63,514 nt of DNA. Origin: a virus (lineage: Duplodnaviria; Caudoviricetes). Both the position numbers and the translations under genes were made by a program. The stretch is from IMG/VR virus record IMGVR_UViG_3300025086_000018, positions 1-63,514 of that record; one strand, written 5' to 3'. The notes under the pieces were generated by a model, which saw nothing but the letters and a program-made list of their open reading frames with translations, was not told the DNA's origin and did no database searches. Below are positions 46,453 through 56,409 of this stretch, piece by piece (position 1 is the stretch's first letter; each line of letters begins with the position of its first letter).

Positions 46453-47308
46453 CTAGCGGGTTTGGATTAGTTTTAACATAGTCACTATCATCAAATTTCC
46501 ATGTATAACCACCTTTTTCATAAATAGCCATATCATCTAACTTCTTTTGTTGTTCTGGTGTTGAGATATCGTATTGCCTTTGTAATTTCCACTGAATATA
46601 GTCTTTACTATTATAACCCCATCTTTGTCTAGCATCTGTATCAGTAAAATTTCTATCTTCTGTATTCATCTTCCACAAGCCTTTCATGTTGTTAGGTGTT
46701 TTTACAATTGTCTTTTTATCTGTAGATTTCACCTTATCCCCTTCCGCTGCTATCTTTTTTTCAGCATCACTAACACCTATAATGTTTGATTCATCATCCT
46801 GTCTTGGTGAATACCACTTTTTCATAGATGGACCAAAGTCTTCACTCATATTTACCTCGTCAGAGTCAGCCCCGCTTTTAGTTCCAATCTCGTTAAAGCC
46901 TGGTGATTGATAATGTTTTGGTTTTATCTCTAAAGTATTAGGATCTTTCTTAGCTCCAGCTTCATACGCTGGTTTTTCGTATGGTAAGTTTTTGTCAGCT
47001 TCATTAAAACCTGGTGCGTTTCTATCATGAAATTTACCTTTGTATGTAACACCTGCTGGACCATAATCTAATTCAGGTTTACCATTTTTATCTTTCTTAA
47101 GCATAGACTTTAGATGTTCACCTTCATGATGTCTAGCTGTTTCTCTAGTTTCTGAATCGTGATCATTCTTATTGTATATTATACTAAAGTTTTTATTAGC
47201 TCTAGCAACAGGTTGAGGTGAGCTATCTTTCTGATTATCATACTGGAAAGCTACCTCATACTGTGGTACGTTATCTATTCTAAATGGTGCTTGTAATTTA
47301 AAACCCAT
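46442..47308 (-). CDS. HExxH zinc-metallopeptidase-like protein
   Basis: ARAN...I...HEGEH...L.Y...PYEKPAY. Confidence 0.55.
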   Translation of the reverse strand: MGFKLQAPFRIDNVPQYEVAFQYDNQKDSSPQPVARANKNFSIIYNKNDHDSETRETARHHEGEHLKSMLKKDKNGKPELDYGPAGVTYKGKFHDRNAPGFNEADKNLPYEKPAYEAGAKKDPNTLEIKPKHYQSPGFNEIGTKSGADSDEVNMSEDFGPSMKKWYSPRQDDESNIIGVSDAEKKIAAEGDKVKSTDKKTIVKTPNNMKGLWKMNTEDRNFTDTDARQRWGYNSKDYIQWKLQRQYDISTPEQQKKLDDMAIYEKGGYTWKFDDSDYVKTNPNPLDEN

Positions 47309-47466
47309 TAGTCTGTTTTAAAAGCTAATAACATTTCTCTTAACCCCATACCAAACGCAATACCAGAATACAACGCGTGTCCTTCTAATAATAACATTGA
47401 TCCTACAATTGCACAAGCAATAGCTTTTGAAAGTGGGTGATTAATTAACATTTTCATCTTTTCCAT
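47308..47466 (-). CDS. Small two-helix membrane protein (track ORF starts 47577; likely start 47466)
   Basis: MEKMKMLINHPLSKAIACAIVGSMLLLEGHALYSGIAFGMG. Confidence 0.55.
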   Translation of the reverse strand: MEKMKMLINHPLSKAIACAIVGSMLLLEGHALYSGIAFGMGLREMLLAFKTD

Positions 47467-47476
47467 AATAATTATT

Positions 47477-47998
47477 TTAACATTTCCATCTTTTCCTAGC
47501 AGCTTTACCTCTAGGACCTGTCCAACTTCTTGATCTAGCACAAAACGACTTTCTACGTTTAGCTGCTTTACTACCACGCTTAACTTTGCCTGTTACAGCA
47601 GTTTTAAGTTTACTGCCTGGATTATTTTTTCTATATCTTTTAACTCCTTTGCTGGTCATACCAGCTCCTTCTTTTGTAGATAAAAAGTTTCTATTTTTAC
47701 CTTTAGTAGTCTTTCTAACTTTCTTTCCTTTTTTCCTACCGAAATTTAATTTCTTCTTGCCGTAAGCTGCTGGAGCTCCACAATCTTCCCCAGTCTCTAC
47801 ATTTTTCCAGTCTTCTTTCTTAAACCAATCTCTTAATGTAGCACCAGGCTTTCTAGCGGATTTAACATTTGACTTGCTACTACGCTTTTGCTTGCCTTGA
47901 TTAGCTGCTGATTTCTTAGCATTAACTACCTTGTTCTTCTCAGCTGTACTCATGCTGGCTATTTTAGCTTTTGGTAAACAAACTTTTCTAGTAGCCAT
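47477..47998 (-). CDS. Highly basic protein with two modules (KVCLP/LRDWF and GAGMT..G...RRKSFCAR...RWKC)
   Basis: K/R-rich; motifs typical of small basic marine-phage proteins. Confidence 0.7.
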   Translation of the reverse strand: MATRKVCLPKAKIASMSTAEKNKVVNAKKSAANQGKQKRSSKSNVKSARKPGATLRDWFKKEDWKNVETGEDCGAPAAYGKKKLNFGRKKGKKVRKTTKGKNRNFLSTKEGAGMTSKGVKRYRKNNPGSKLKTAVTGKVKRGSKAAKRRKSFCARSRSWTGPRGKAARKRWKC

Positions 47999-48138
47999 TA
48001 TTTCTTTTTATTACGACATTGAACTAATTGGCCAGAAGCGTAAGCGCTTGGCCATACTTTTACTCTTGCTTTTACTTTGTGATAGCAAGCGTCTTTTTTA
48101 CCTTTCTTCTTTTTAGCTTTACTTCTTTTTCTTGCCAT
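47998..48138 (-). CDS. Small basic protein (46 aa, not in ORF track)
   Basis: MARKRSKAKKKKGKKDACYHKVKARVKVWPSAYASGQLVQCRNKKK. Confidence 0.7.
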   Translation of the reverse strand: MARKRSKAKKKKGKKDACYHKVKARVKVWPSAYASGQLVQCRNKKK

Positions 48139-48403
48139 CTGTTAACTCTTTATCGATTTGTCTGCACCAGTCTCTAAGCTCCTTAACCTCACTTTCTAAT
48201 CTATTAATATGGTCTGTGTGCCAATCTTGTTTTAAATCATACTCTATTCTATCTATAACAGCTTCAGGTAAAGCTTTAGCATCTGATATATCATCTTGTA
48301 AGGTAAAATACATACCTACAAAAGAAGCGGTTATTACTATTATACTTACTATGGTTTTAAGATCTATCTTAAATTCCGTTCCTTCAGAGATTTTTATACT
48401 CAT
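48119..48403 (-). CDS. Single-TM plus coiled-coil protein next to the endolysin (track ORF starts 48439)
   Basis: LKTIVSIIVITASFVGMYFTL helix; likely ATG at 48403. Confidence 0.6.
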   Translation of the reverse strand: MSIKISEGTEFKIDLKTIVSIIVITASFVGMYFTLQDDISDAKALPEAVIDRIEYDLKQDWHTDHINRLESEVKELRDWCRQIDKELTDGKKKK

Positions 48404-48797
48404 TAGTTGCATCAAATGATGGGCATGCTTTGTTAGCAAAATCCCTGTGTGAATGTATTGTAGCTTCAGGATACATTGCCTTAAGTGTTCTTAGCACTGC
48501 TAGCAAACTATCTTCTTGTTCTTCTGTTCTAGTATCTTTCGGGGTCTTACCATCAACTTCAACGCCTCCGCAATAACAAATTCCGATTGAGTTTCTATTC
48601 TGACCCTTCGTGTGCGCCCCGATTTTAGCTATATCTCTACCTTTATATATATCACCATGTAGGTCAATATAGAAATGATAGCCTATGTCACTCCAACCTC
48701 TACCGTCAACGTGCCAACTTCTTATAGTATCTACAGAAATATTTTGGCCTTCTCTAGTAGCAGAGCAATGTACGATAATCTTATTTATTTGTCTCAT
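48384..48797 (-). CDS. N-acetylmuramoyl-L-alanine amidase endolysin (T7 lysozyme-like)
   Basis: IIVHCSAT, GWSDIGYH, GAH.KG.N..SIGICY.GG, HRDF..KACPSF. Confidence 0.92.
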   Translation of the reverse strand: MRQINKIIVHCSATREGQNISVDTIRSWHVDGRGWSDIGYHFYIDLHGDIYKGRDIAKIGAHTKGQNRNSIGICYCGGVEVDGKTPKDTRTEEQEDSLLAVLRTLKAMYPEATIHSHRDFANKACPSFDATNEYKNL

Positions 48798-49159
48798 TTT
48801 AAATCTCTTCTTTGAGATGGAAAACTTCTATTGAGCATATTCTCTCTGATTTCAGCTGCGTTCATATTTTCAGTTTCATCAAGATCAGTTGGTTTATAAT
48901 TGACACTGTTATTTTTTCTTCTTAATGCTTCTGCCGCTTCTTTTTCTTTTTGCTCTAATATATCTTTTTGCGCTGCTTTATATTTTTCGTTTTTTTCAAC
49001 AAGTTCTTTAGGAGGTTTTGGTAAATCAACCCCAGTAGATCCTTTGTTCTCTTTATCTTCGCCGCCTGGTGCTGCCATTGGTCCATGAAATTGTTTCAAT
49101 GGATTTCTAACTTTAAGCATGTTTGAGTGCATACGACTTAAATCTTTTCTTTTAGCCAT
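48794..49159 (-). CDS. Hypothetical charged protein
   Basis: 121-aa ORF in the late operon. Confidence 0.6.
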   Translation of the reverse strand: MAKRKDLSRMHSNMLKVRNPLKQFHGPMAAPGGEDKENKGSTGVDLPKPPKELVEKNEKYKAAQKDILEQKEKEAAEALRRKNNSVNYKPTDLDETENMNAAEIRENMLNRSFPSQRRDLK

Positions 49160-49313
49160 TATCTTTATTTTTTAACTTCCACCATCTATGAGCAGTATAC
49201 CCAATAGTTACTAAAAGTAAAGTTATTTTTAATACAGGCTCTAACCAATCAAAACTTGCGATCGTGAAAGAAGTTATATTAAAACAATATAACTTTAAAT
49301 CATCGATGCCCAT
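49152..49313 (-). CDS. Small holin-like membrane protein (53 aa, not in ORF track)
   Basis: MGIDDLKLYCFNITSFTIASFDWLEPVLKITLLLVTIGYTAHRWWKLKNKDNG: two hydrophobic stretches and a basic tail, near the endolysin. Confidence 0.6.
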   Translation of the reverse strand: MGIDDLKLYCFNITSFTIASFDWLEPVLKITLLLVTIGYTAHRWWKLKNKDNG

Positions 49314-49480
49314 TATTTATTTGCGTTGAGAGCTGCGTTTCCTTTATATTCTATGTTGTCAAACCTTACTGTTGACGCGATAAATGGATTTCTAGAAACC
49401 ATTGTTCTAGTTCCTAGTGGTTTACATCCACATTTTAATTTTTTACCTGCTGGTGCTTGATATTCTCCGTAACTTGGCAT
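49313..49480 (-). CDS. Small hypothetical protein (55 aa, not in ORF track)
   Basis: MPSYGEYQAPAGKKLKCGCKP...; stop overlaps the next start. Confidence 0.6.
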   Translation of the reverse strand: MPSYGEYQAPAGKKLKCGCKPLGTRTMVSRNPFIASTVRFDNIEYKGNAALNANK

Positions 49481-49538
49481 AACTATTTGTTTAATTTGTT
49501 TAACATATTTGTATTAATATAATTACATTATTATATTA

Positions 49539-51458
49539 TTATTTACCCATTCTTGCTTTTTGTTTTGCTGTAGCTCCTGCACCTCCACCCAGTCGTTTAT
49601 AATTAGCTATTTTACCAGCAATTTTAGTAGCAGCTGTTTCTGACTTACCTTCTTTTTTTAATTTACTAACTAAACCTTTAAAACTACCTGGTTGATCGTA
49701 CTCTGCTTTCCCTCTAGTACCTTTACTTGTTTGTCTAGCAAATTTCTTACTAAGGCGTTTAGCTTTTCTAGTACCACCTAAAGCTGTTTTAGTTTTTGTT
49801 TTTCCTTTTTTATTTGTCTTAGAATATGTTACAGTATTAGGGGTTTCAGCTTTTTTTCTTTGCCCAAAATCACCTTGATTATCCATTTTAATAACCTGAT
49901 TATTTTCCATCTCTCCCTTTTTCATTTCATCTCCACCAAGCATACGTTTTTTAGTTGTTAAACTAACTGACGCTCCTCTTTTAGTAGTACCTGAGCTTTT
50001 CTTTTTATCCCACGCAGCACCATGTCTACCATACGCTGGACCATCTCCATGTTTTTCTTTATCGTATTTCATATCTCCAGCTAATTTAGATATATGCTTT
50101 TCATCAGCTGTCATATCTATATCACTTTTGTTATGTTTAGAATCATAGTCAATATCTTTCTTTAAGTATTCAATATGAGCCGCATTATCTCTTTCAGCTG
50201 CCTTGTAGTTAGATTTATTAACTCTAGTATCATTTGCATACTTACCTTTACTAACATGATAGTGACTAGCTGGAGCAGAATCTACAGCTGATTTAAAATT
50301 CGGATTATCATCTAATTTACCATCTGCTGAAGCTTTCCTTAATCCAGAATTAAATTCAGGACCGTCATACATTGGCATACCATACATTGCCATTTGACTT
50401 TGGTTAAAAGTTTGATCTAAACCACCCATTGGTTTGTTAGGTGTATTAGCTGGATTTACTTGACCCATACCATCAGCTGTTTGATCTGGCATACCAGAGC
50501 TAGCTATATTACCAAACTTGTCATTTCTTTGTTGAGTAGAAAATGCAACTTTATTATCTGGCTGTACTATATTAGGATTGTTTTCTAATACACCAGAGTT
50601 CATTGGTCGACCTTGATTATACATAGCCGGTCTAGTTTCTTCGCTATCTATGTTTGGCATATTCTTGCCTTGTTTAAATAAGTTTTTAGGTCTCATATCT
50701 TTATACATTTTTGGAGTAATTCCATATTTTTGGTTAAGCATTGATTGTTCAGTGTCAAATTCAAATTCTTCTCTTTCGTTAACGGGGCTTTCTTTAATTT
50801 TACCATCAACAATTCCAAATTTATCTTGTTGTTTTTTATCAAATTCAGCTTGCGCTCTTTTCCTATCGTTTTTAGATTTAAGATTTTTATCGATCTTTTT
50901 AATTTTTTTATCTATTTGACGATTATCTTTTTTAATTATCTTGTCGTTTGCTTTTTCATCTTTAGCATCTTGTTCAGATTGTCTAAGTCTATCTCTTTCT
51001 TTAATAGCAGCATTTAACATCTCTGTTCTTTCTTCGTCTAACCCTCTTTTTCTATCATCTCTTTTAAACTGTCTGATAGCTTTGTTAATACCTCTTTTAG
51101 TTTGTCTACCTTTTTGTCTTTCTTTTTTTAGACTATTACCTTCATTAATAAAGTCTTGAACTCTTTGAGCATTCTTAGCTTTTTCTAAAGTTTTATCATT
51201 TATTGATTTTACGTTCTCGCCTTTTTTAATTACACCTTCTTCTTTACTTCCACTCTTGTTACTTTGGTCTTCTGTAATTTGCTCACCATCTGCTTTAGAA
51301 TCTACTATATTACTTAGATCAGGCATGTTAAACTCTAATGCGTTATAGTTTTTAGTAGTTCTCTTTGGATCTCTATATCCAGAAGGTCCGTAATTTATTT
51401 TACCAGGGTTTCTGTCTTGTTTATAAGCCATTTGATCTTGTTTTATCTTTATTAACAA
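49539..51458 (-). CDS. Low-complexity basic mosaic protein (possible internal head protein; likely start 51431)
   Basis: K/R-rich blocks separated by P/M/Y/G-rich linkers. Confidence 0.6.
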   Translation of the reverse strand: MLIKIKQDQMAYKQDRNPGKINYGPSGYRDPKRTTKNYNALEFNMPDLSNIVDSKADGEQITEDQSNKSGSKEEGVIKKGENVKSINDKTLEKAKNAQRVQDFINEGNSLKKERQKGRQTKRGINKAIRQFKRDDRKRGLDEERTEMLNAAIKERDRLRQSEQDAKDEKANDKIIKKDNRQIDKKIKKIDKNLKSKNDRKRAQAEFDKKQQDKFGIVDGKIKESPVNEREEFEFDTEQSMLNQKYGITPKMYKDMRPKNLFKQGKNMPNIDSEETRPAMYNQGRPMNSGVLENNPNIVQPDNKVAFSTQQRNDKFGNIASSGMPDQTADGMGQVNPANTPNKPMGGLDQTFNQSQMAMYGMPMYDGPEFNSGLRKASADGKLDDNPNFKSAVDSAPASHYHVSKGKYANDTRVNKSNYKAAERDNAAHIEYLKKDIDYDSKHNKSDIDMTADEKHISKLAGDMKYDKEKHGDGPAYGRHGAAWDKKKSSGTTKRGASVSLTTKKRMLGGDEMKKGEMENNQVIKMDNQGDFGQRKKAETPNTVTYSKTNKKGKTKTKTALGGTRKAKRLSKKFARQTSKGTRGKAEYDQPGSFKGLVSKLKKEGKSETAATKIAGKIANYKRLGGGAGATAKQKARMGK

Positions 51459-51870
51459 AGGTTACAGATCTTGAAGTAACCTTATTTATATATGTATTTT
51501 TAGAATCTATCTTCTTAGTTGGCATGTCTTCTTCACCAAGCATTATACGGTACATACGTGATATCAGTTGTTTACACTTTACGGATACTTTATATATATG
51601 ATATTTTTGAGTTGTGCGGTTTCTTTTTCTCCACACGGTAATCCACCCTTGTTTCAATAGTCTGTTCCAGCGTCTATTATCCCAACTATATGAATACGTA
51701 CCTTTTTTAAAATCATCTTTTGTAAATAGGCTTATAGCTTCTAAGTATATCAACAACTCTAAGTCTGCATCGTTTAGATCATAGCTCTTGCAAGCCCATT
51801 TACGTATTATTCTATAATGCTTAAGTAAGTTTAATTCTTTTAAATCTTTAGAGTTTAATCTCATTAACAC
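51421..51870 (-). CDS. Winged-helix DNA-binding protein (putative)
   Basis: LNDADLELLIYL...RRWNRLLKQGWITVW...YKVS.K. Confidence 0.55.
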   Translation of the reverse strand: MLMRLNSKDLKELNLLKHYRIIRKWACKSYDLNDADLELLIYLEAISLFTKDDFKKGTYSYSWDNRRWNRLLKQGWITVWRKRNRTTQKYHIYKVSVKCKQLISRMYRIMLGEEDMPTKKIDSKNTYINKVTSRSVTFVNKDKTRSNGL

Positions 51871-52475
51871 TTACCTTTTCTCTTTTTTCTTTTTGTACAT
51901 CTTCCAACACCTAAGAATTTACCAACTTTAGTTTTTCCAAAGTTTTCTTTCTTCTTAGCTCTATTTGCTTTACGTATACTTTTCTTATCTCCTCTGAAGT
52001 TTTTTCTAGCAGCTTTGTTACATTGTCTTTTTGCTTTTCCTTTAAGACCTACACATTTAGCTTTCATTGCTGCTTTTTCTTCTTTAGCTGCGTTTTTAGC
52101 ATCACGCTTAGCTGCTCTTCTAGCTTTACCTCCTCTTTCAGCATCTGCTATATTAGCACCTTGACTTAAAGCTTCTCTTTCATTTTCAGCTGCTATAGCT
52201 TCTTCTTCTGCTTTCTTAGCTGCTGCTTCTTCTTCTTGCTTAGCTTTCATTTCTTCGCCTTCTTCCTTAGATCTTGCTAACCAATTTTTTCTAGAGTCGT
52301 TTCTAAATGAACTACCTACCTTAGGTGGAATGTCATCACTAGGAGATTTCATAACATCTTTTAATTTCTCCGCCATCTCGTTCTTCTTTGCTTCAAGATC
52401 GAACAAGCTGGACATTATGCCAAATCCTGCGGGTTGTTGAAATTTTACTATCTTACGACTCTTTAATAAACTCAT
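51864..52475 (-). CDS. Basic K/A/R-rich protein
   Basis: Composition. Confidence 0.6.
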   Translation of the reverse strand: MSLLKSRKIVKFQQPAGFGIMSSLFDLEAKKNEMAEKLKDVMKSPSDDIPPKVGSSFRNDSRKNWLARSKEEGEEMKAKQEEEAAAKKAEEEAIAAENEREALSQGANIADAERGGKARRAAKRDAKNAAKEEKAAMKAKCVGLKGKAKRQCNKAARKNFRGDKKSIRKANRAKKKENFGKTKVGKFLGVGRCTKRKKRKGKC

Positions 52476-52732
52476 AATACTATAACTATATCTGTTTCTT
52501 TTATTATCTTGTAACTTTCTTTGTCTATCTCTATGTTAAAGCCAGAAGCTTTATCATAATATATCTTGTCACCTTTTTTAATTACACTAACATCCGTGCC
52601 AGGTTTTACAACCTCAGCACGTCTGTATCTTATATCTTCTCTTTGCGAATCAGCTAAAATTAAACCACCTTTTGTTTTTGTTGTAGGTTCACTGATTGGA
52701 TCTATTACTATATACTTACCTATTGCTTTCAT
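52472..52732 (-). CDS. groES: Co-chaperonin GroES
   Basis: KTKGGLILA mobile loop, AEVV..G, KGDKIYY, IIKETDI. Confidence 0.88.
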   Translation of the reverse strand: MKAIGKYIVIDPISEPTTKTKGGLILADSQREDIRYRRAEVVKPGTDVSVIKKGDKIYYDKASGFNIEIDKESYKIIKETDIVIVL

Positions 52733-54276
52733 GCTCTAATATTATTGATTACGCAATCGGTAGATATTATAGTTTTTGCTACTGAAGCCGCGTTTTGTAA
52801 AGCACTTTTAGTAACTAGTAAAGGATCTATAATTCCGGCTTTAACCATATCAACCGTATTTCCTGTAACCACATCTAATCCTTCACCTTCTACTTTAGAG
52901 CATTCATAATCAATTACACCTGCATTCTCAAGTATTACTTCAAAAGGTTTTTTAATAGCACAGTACAATATTTCTTCTCCAACATTTTTAGGAGTTAACT
53001 GTTGTGATGCATTTAATAATGCAATACCTCCTCCAGGTACTATACCTTCTTTTATCGCGGCTTTTGTAGCGCAAATAGCATCTTCAACTCTATCTTTCTT
53101 TTCTTTTAATTCTACTTCAGAATTAGCTCCAACTTTAACTACAGCCATTTTAGCTTTAAGCATTGCTAATCTTTTTTCATATCTAATTTTAGAGTTTGGG
53201 TTTCTAGTTTTCTTAACTTGATTTTCTAGGTTTTTAATCTTATCACTTACTACTTCGTTGTTAGATAAATCAACTTGTATTAAAGTATCTTCTTGACTAG
53301 TTATAGATTTAGAACATGTACCTAGTAGGTCAACGCTAATTATATCCATATCATCTCCAAGATCTTCATCAATTAATGTAGCTCCAGTTATATCGCAAAG
53401 ATCACTTAGTGTTTCTTTTCTATTGATACCATAAATAGGAGCATTGACAATGTTTATTTTTATATTACCTTTAACCTTGTTCATAGCTAATGCATTTCCT
53501 ACCTGTGGATCAACATCTGCTATTATTAGTAAACTCTTATTAGTTTTTATAACATACTCTAAAACACCTTGTATTTTTCTTACGTTATCTACTACTGAAT
53601 CTATTATTAATACATATGGATTATCTAATTCAGAAGTTCCTTTATCTTTATTAGTTATAAAGTGAGGACTAGTTAATGGTTGATTGTATTGTACTCCTTC
53701 TATAAGTTCTACTTCTGTTTCAGGTTTTTCATTAACCTCCATTATTACAACACCATCATTGTCTACCATTTTAAAAGCATCAGCTATTACCTTGCCAATA
53801 ACTTTATCATTGTTAGCTGATATAGTTGCTACCTGATCTATCTTCTTGCCTTTTACCTTTTTACTTTTTTTATTCAAGTAGTTTACTACATTATCCACTG
53901 CACTTGTTATACCTGACTTTATATTTCTCAAAGTATCTAGTTCACTATGTTGATTGTGTTCTTTTAATATAGCTTGTGCTAATATAGTTGCGGTGGTAGT
54001 TCCATCGCCGGCATCCTTAACTGTTCTTTGAGCAGCTTCTTTAATAAGCGTTGCTCCAATATTTTCTAATGGATCTATCAATGTAACTGAATTAGCTACT
54101 GTTACTCCATCTTTTGTTACTTGTGGTTTACCATTTTGGTCTTCAAGTATAACACATTTTCCACTGGCACCTAATGTAGAACCGACTGCATTAGTTAGTT
54201 TATCTACGCCAGCTAGTATCTGACCTTTAGCGGTTTCACCAAAGGCCAGTTGTTTTACTAACTTTACTTCTTCCAT
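52729..54276 (-). CDS. groEL: Chaperonin GroEL
   Basis: TLG..G, TKDGVTVA, AGDGTTTAT, ISANND, KDRVEDA, GIVPGGG, GIIDP; lacks the GGM tail. Confidence 0.95.
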   Translation of the reverse strand: MEEVKLVKQLAFGETAKGQILAGVDKLTNAVGSTLGASGKCVILEDQNGKPQVTKDGVTVANSVTLIDPLENIGATLIKEAAQRTVKDAGDGTTTATILAQAILKEHNQHSELDTLRNIKSGITSAVDNVVNYLNKKSKKVKGKKIDQVATISANNDKVIGKVIADAFKMVDNDGVVIMEVNEKPETEVELIEGVQYNQPLTSPHFITNKDKGTSELDNPYVLIIDSVVDNVRKIQGVLEYVIKTNKSLLIIADVDPQVGNALAMNKVKGNIKINIVNAPIYGINRKETLSDLCDITGATLIDEDLGDDMDIISVDLLGTCSKSITSQEDTLIQVDLSNNEVVSDKIKNLENQVKKTRNPNSKIRYEKRLAMLKAKMAVVKVGANSEVELKEKKDRVEDAICATKAAIKEGIVPGGGIALLNASQQLTPKNVGEEILYCAIKKPFEVILENAGVIDYECSKVEGEGLDVVTGNTVDMVKAGIIDPLLVTKSALQNAASVAKTIISTDCVINNIRA

Positions 54277-54308
54277 TTTATTTAATTAAATTTGATTTGT
54301 GTTGAATA

Positions 54309-54602
54309 TTAATCGAAGGTTTTTATTACTTTCGGTCCTTCAAGAAACTCTAGTTTTTTAGCATAGTGTTCTATCGATGCATCTATTGCTTGTTCAGCTC
54401 CAGCTATTGTTTCTCTTCTGGTAACATCTATCCATGATTCAGGATCTTCGATGTCTTTATATTCGGTTTGTAAATATCCATTAGGTAGTTGTACTATTCT
54501 CCAGTTACTCTTCTTAGTAACATGTTTCCATAACTTAATGGTATCTTCATTTGGTTGTGGTGCACTAGTCCACGTTCCAGTGCGGGTGTATAAAAACGTC
54601 AT
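54309..54602 (-). CDS. Hypothetical protein
   Basis: NWRIVQLPNGY.QTE...W.DVTRRET. Confidence 0.7.
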   Translation of the reverse strand: MTFLYTRTGTWTSAPQPNEDTIKLWKHVTKKSNWRIVQLPNGYLQTEYKDIEDPESWIDVTRRETIAGAEQAIDASIEHYAKKLEFLEGPKVIKTFD

Positions 54603-54632
54603 TTTTTGGTTTTATGTTTAACGTTGGTTATT

Positions 54633-54645
54633 TATACTATCACTT
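54633..54645 (-). promoter_or_regulatory. Putative late promoter AAGTGATAGTATA
   Basis: Intergenic, upstream of the chaperonin operon. Confidence 0.55.
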
Positions 54646-54663
54646 GATAGTTCGGTTATTTAG

Positions 54664-55635
54664 TTAAAATGTTGATGCTAGTACTCTAACCCAAGTGTTA
54701 GATGCTGTACATATGTATATGTAGTCATCGTTTCCAGCTATTATCTCTCCTCTAGTTCCAGTTGAAGTAGCAGTAGCTGGTGGAGTTATTGGTATAATAA
54801 GTTTATCGGCAACAGTAACCTGAGAACCAGCAACACCTATTGTTATGTTACCAGTAACAGCGTTAGCTGTAATTAATCCAGTTGCAGTTGGTACTCCTGA
54901 AACGTTACCTGCAAATATTTGATTAGCAGCTAAAGTCTGAGATTCTACAGTTGTCCATTCTACTTTACCACCTGACACAGCTAGCAAAGCTTGACCAGCT
55001 CCACCAGTTGATCCATTTAAATCTTTTATTGGTTGATTAAATCTAGTAGCACCATTAAATGAGAACTCATCAGTAATGGAATTTGGGAAGTAACCACTGC
55101 TACCTGAACCTCCTGTTATTCTAACTGTACCAGTTGCTGTACTACTACCTAACACTACGTTCTCTCCTGTTATTTTTGTACTAGTAGAATCTAAGTTACT
55201 CTCCAATGAGACTACATTTAATTTTCCACTTGGTGCATCTACATCAATATCAAAGTCACTTTGTAATTTAAGCTTATTAGTGGCTCCACTAGCTCTCAAT
55301 CCTAAGACTCCGGCAGAAGCTAATATGTTTAACTCACCTGTAGTTTTAGTTATAAACTGTGTACCGGCTCCAGTTAATGTAGCATTACCACCTAATGAAA
55401 AAGTTCCAGAAGCTGTTATGTTACCAGTACCATTATAGTTACCGGTTAGATTTATATCTTGTGTGGCTGTGTTTCCTTTTGTTAATACTTCTTGTAAGTC
55501 TACTTCATCATCGATGTAAGCAGCAATGGCTGAAGCAGTAACAGTCTTTGTTTGATTGTCACTGCTATCAGTCATTAAAAAAGTATCATTAGCGTCAACA
55601 CTTGCCTTTTGAGGGTAAGTATATATTATTGCCAT
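54664..55635 (-). CDS. Fibre-like virion protein
   Basis: LQEVLTKGNT, STG.AGQAL...W, C-terminal PATATSTGTRGEI...YIYICTASNTW.R. Confidence 0.65.
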   Translation of the reverse strand: MAIIYTYPQKASVDANDTFLMTDSSDNQTKTVTASAIAAYIDDEVDLQEVLTKGNTATQDINLTGNYNGTGNITASGTFSLGGNATLTGAGTQFITKTTGELNILASAGVLGLRASGATNKLKLQSDFDIDVDAPSGKLNVVSLESNLDSTSTKITGENVVLGSSTATGTVRITGGSGSSGYFPNSITDEFSFNGATRFNQPIKDLNGSTGGAGQALLAVSGGKVEWTTVESQTLAANQIFAGNVSGVPTATGLITANAVTGNITIGVAGSQVTVADKLIIPITPPATATSTGTRGEIIAGNDDYIYICTASNTWVRVLASTF

Positions 55636-55641
55636 TGTCTT

Positions 55642-56409
55642 TTATTTTTTCTTGCCTTTAATAAAGCTAGGCATCTTGTGCATTGATGGAGCAGCTTTAC
55701 CTCCATGTTTAGAATAAGAACTCATCTTAGGTGCATTGTAATTACCATAAGAAATCTTAGATCCTTTACCATACATACCTGGTGCAGGTGACATAGCCTT
55801 AGTTCCACCTTGATTGTTGAACTGGTCCATTGGTCCTCTGTCTGTTAATTCTCTAGACATGTGCGGTTGGCCGTAACTAGCAGTAGAAAACGCTTTTGCA
55901 GCAGCTTTCATTTTTCTTTTAGTATTGTCCTTTTTAGTTTTTGCAGCAGATCCTAGTGCTTTAGCTTTTGCTTTAGCTTTGTTTAATCCACCACCTACTT
56001 TTTTAGCAGCAGTTTTAAGAGGCTTTTTCTCTTTAACTTTCTTAGCTACCTTCTTTAAACCTTTAGCAGCACCTCTTGCAATTTCAGACTTGCCACCAGT
56101 TGCTACAGCCGCTGCAGCTCTTGCTACTTTCTTAGCTCTACCTTTTCTGATTGACTTAACATCGTTCTTTGCTTTCGAAGCATCCTTAGCAGATTTAAAA
56201 CCTTTTCTAGCATCTCTCTTTTTTGCTCTCATTTGTTTACGAGTGATCTTTCCTTCTAGCATCTCTGCCTTAGCTCGCTTCTTACCAGCTCGCTTTGCTT
56301 TTCTAGCAGCTCGCTTCTCGCCTCTAAAGGCTTTCATTTTAGCTCTGTTGCCTTTACGCTCTGCTTTCTTTGCAGACCTTTTAGCTTTGAGCTTTTTTAA
56401 TAGTCCCAT
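55642..56409 (-). CDS. Histone-H1-like, extremely K/A/R-rich protein
   Basis: Composition; first gene of the late strand. Confidence 0.65.
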   Translation of the reverse strand: MGLLKKLKAKRSAKKAERKGNRAKMKAFRGEKRAARKAKRAGKKRAKAEMLEGKITRKQMRAKKRDARKGFKSAKDASKAKNDVKSIRKGRAKKVARAAAAVATGGKSEIARGAAKGLKKVAKKVKEKKPLKTAAKKVGGGLNKAKAKAKALGSAAKTKKDNTKRKMKAAAKAFSTASYGQPHMSRELTDRGPMDQFNNQGGTKAMSPAPGMYGKGSKISYGNYNAPKMSSYSKHGGKAAPSMHKMPSFIKGKKK

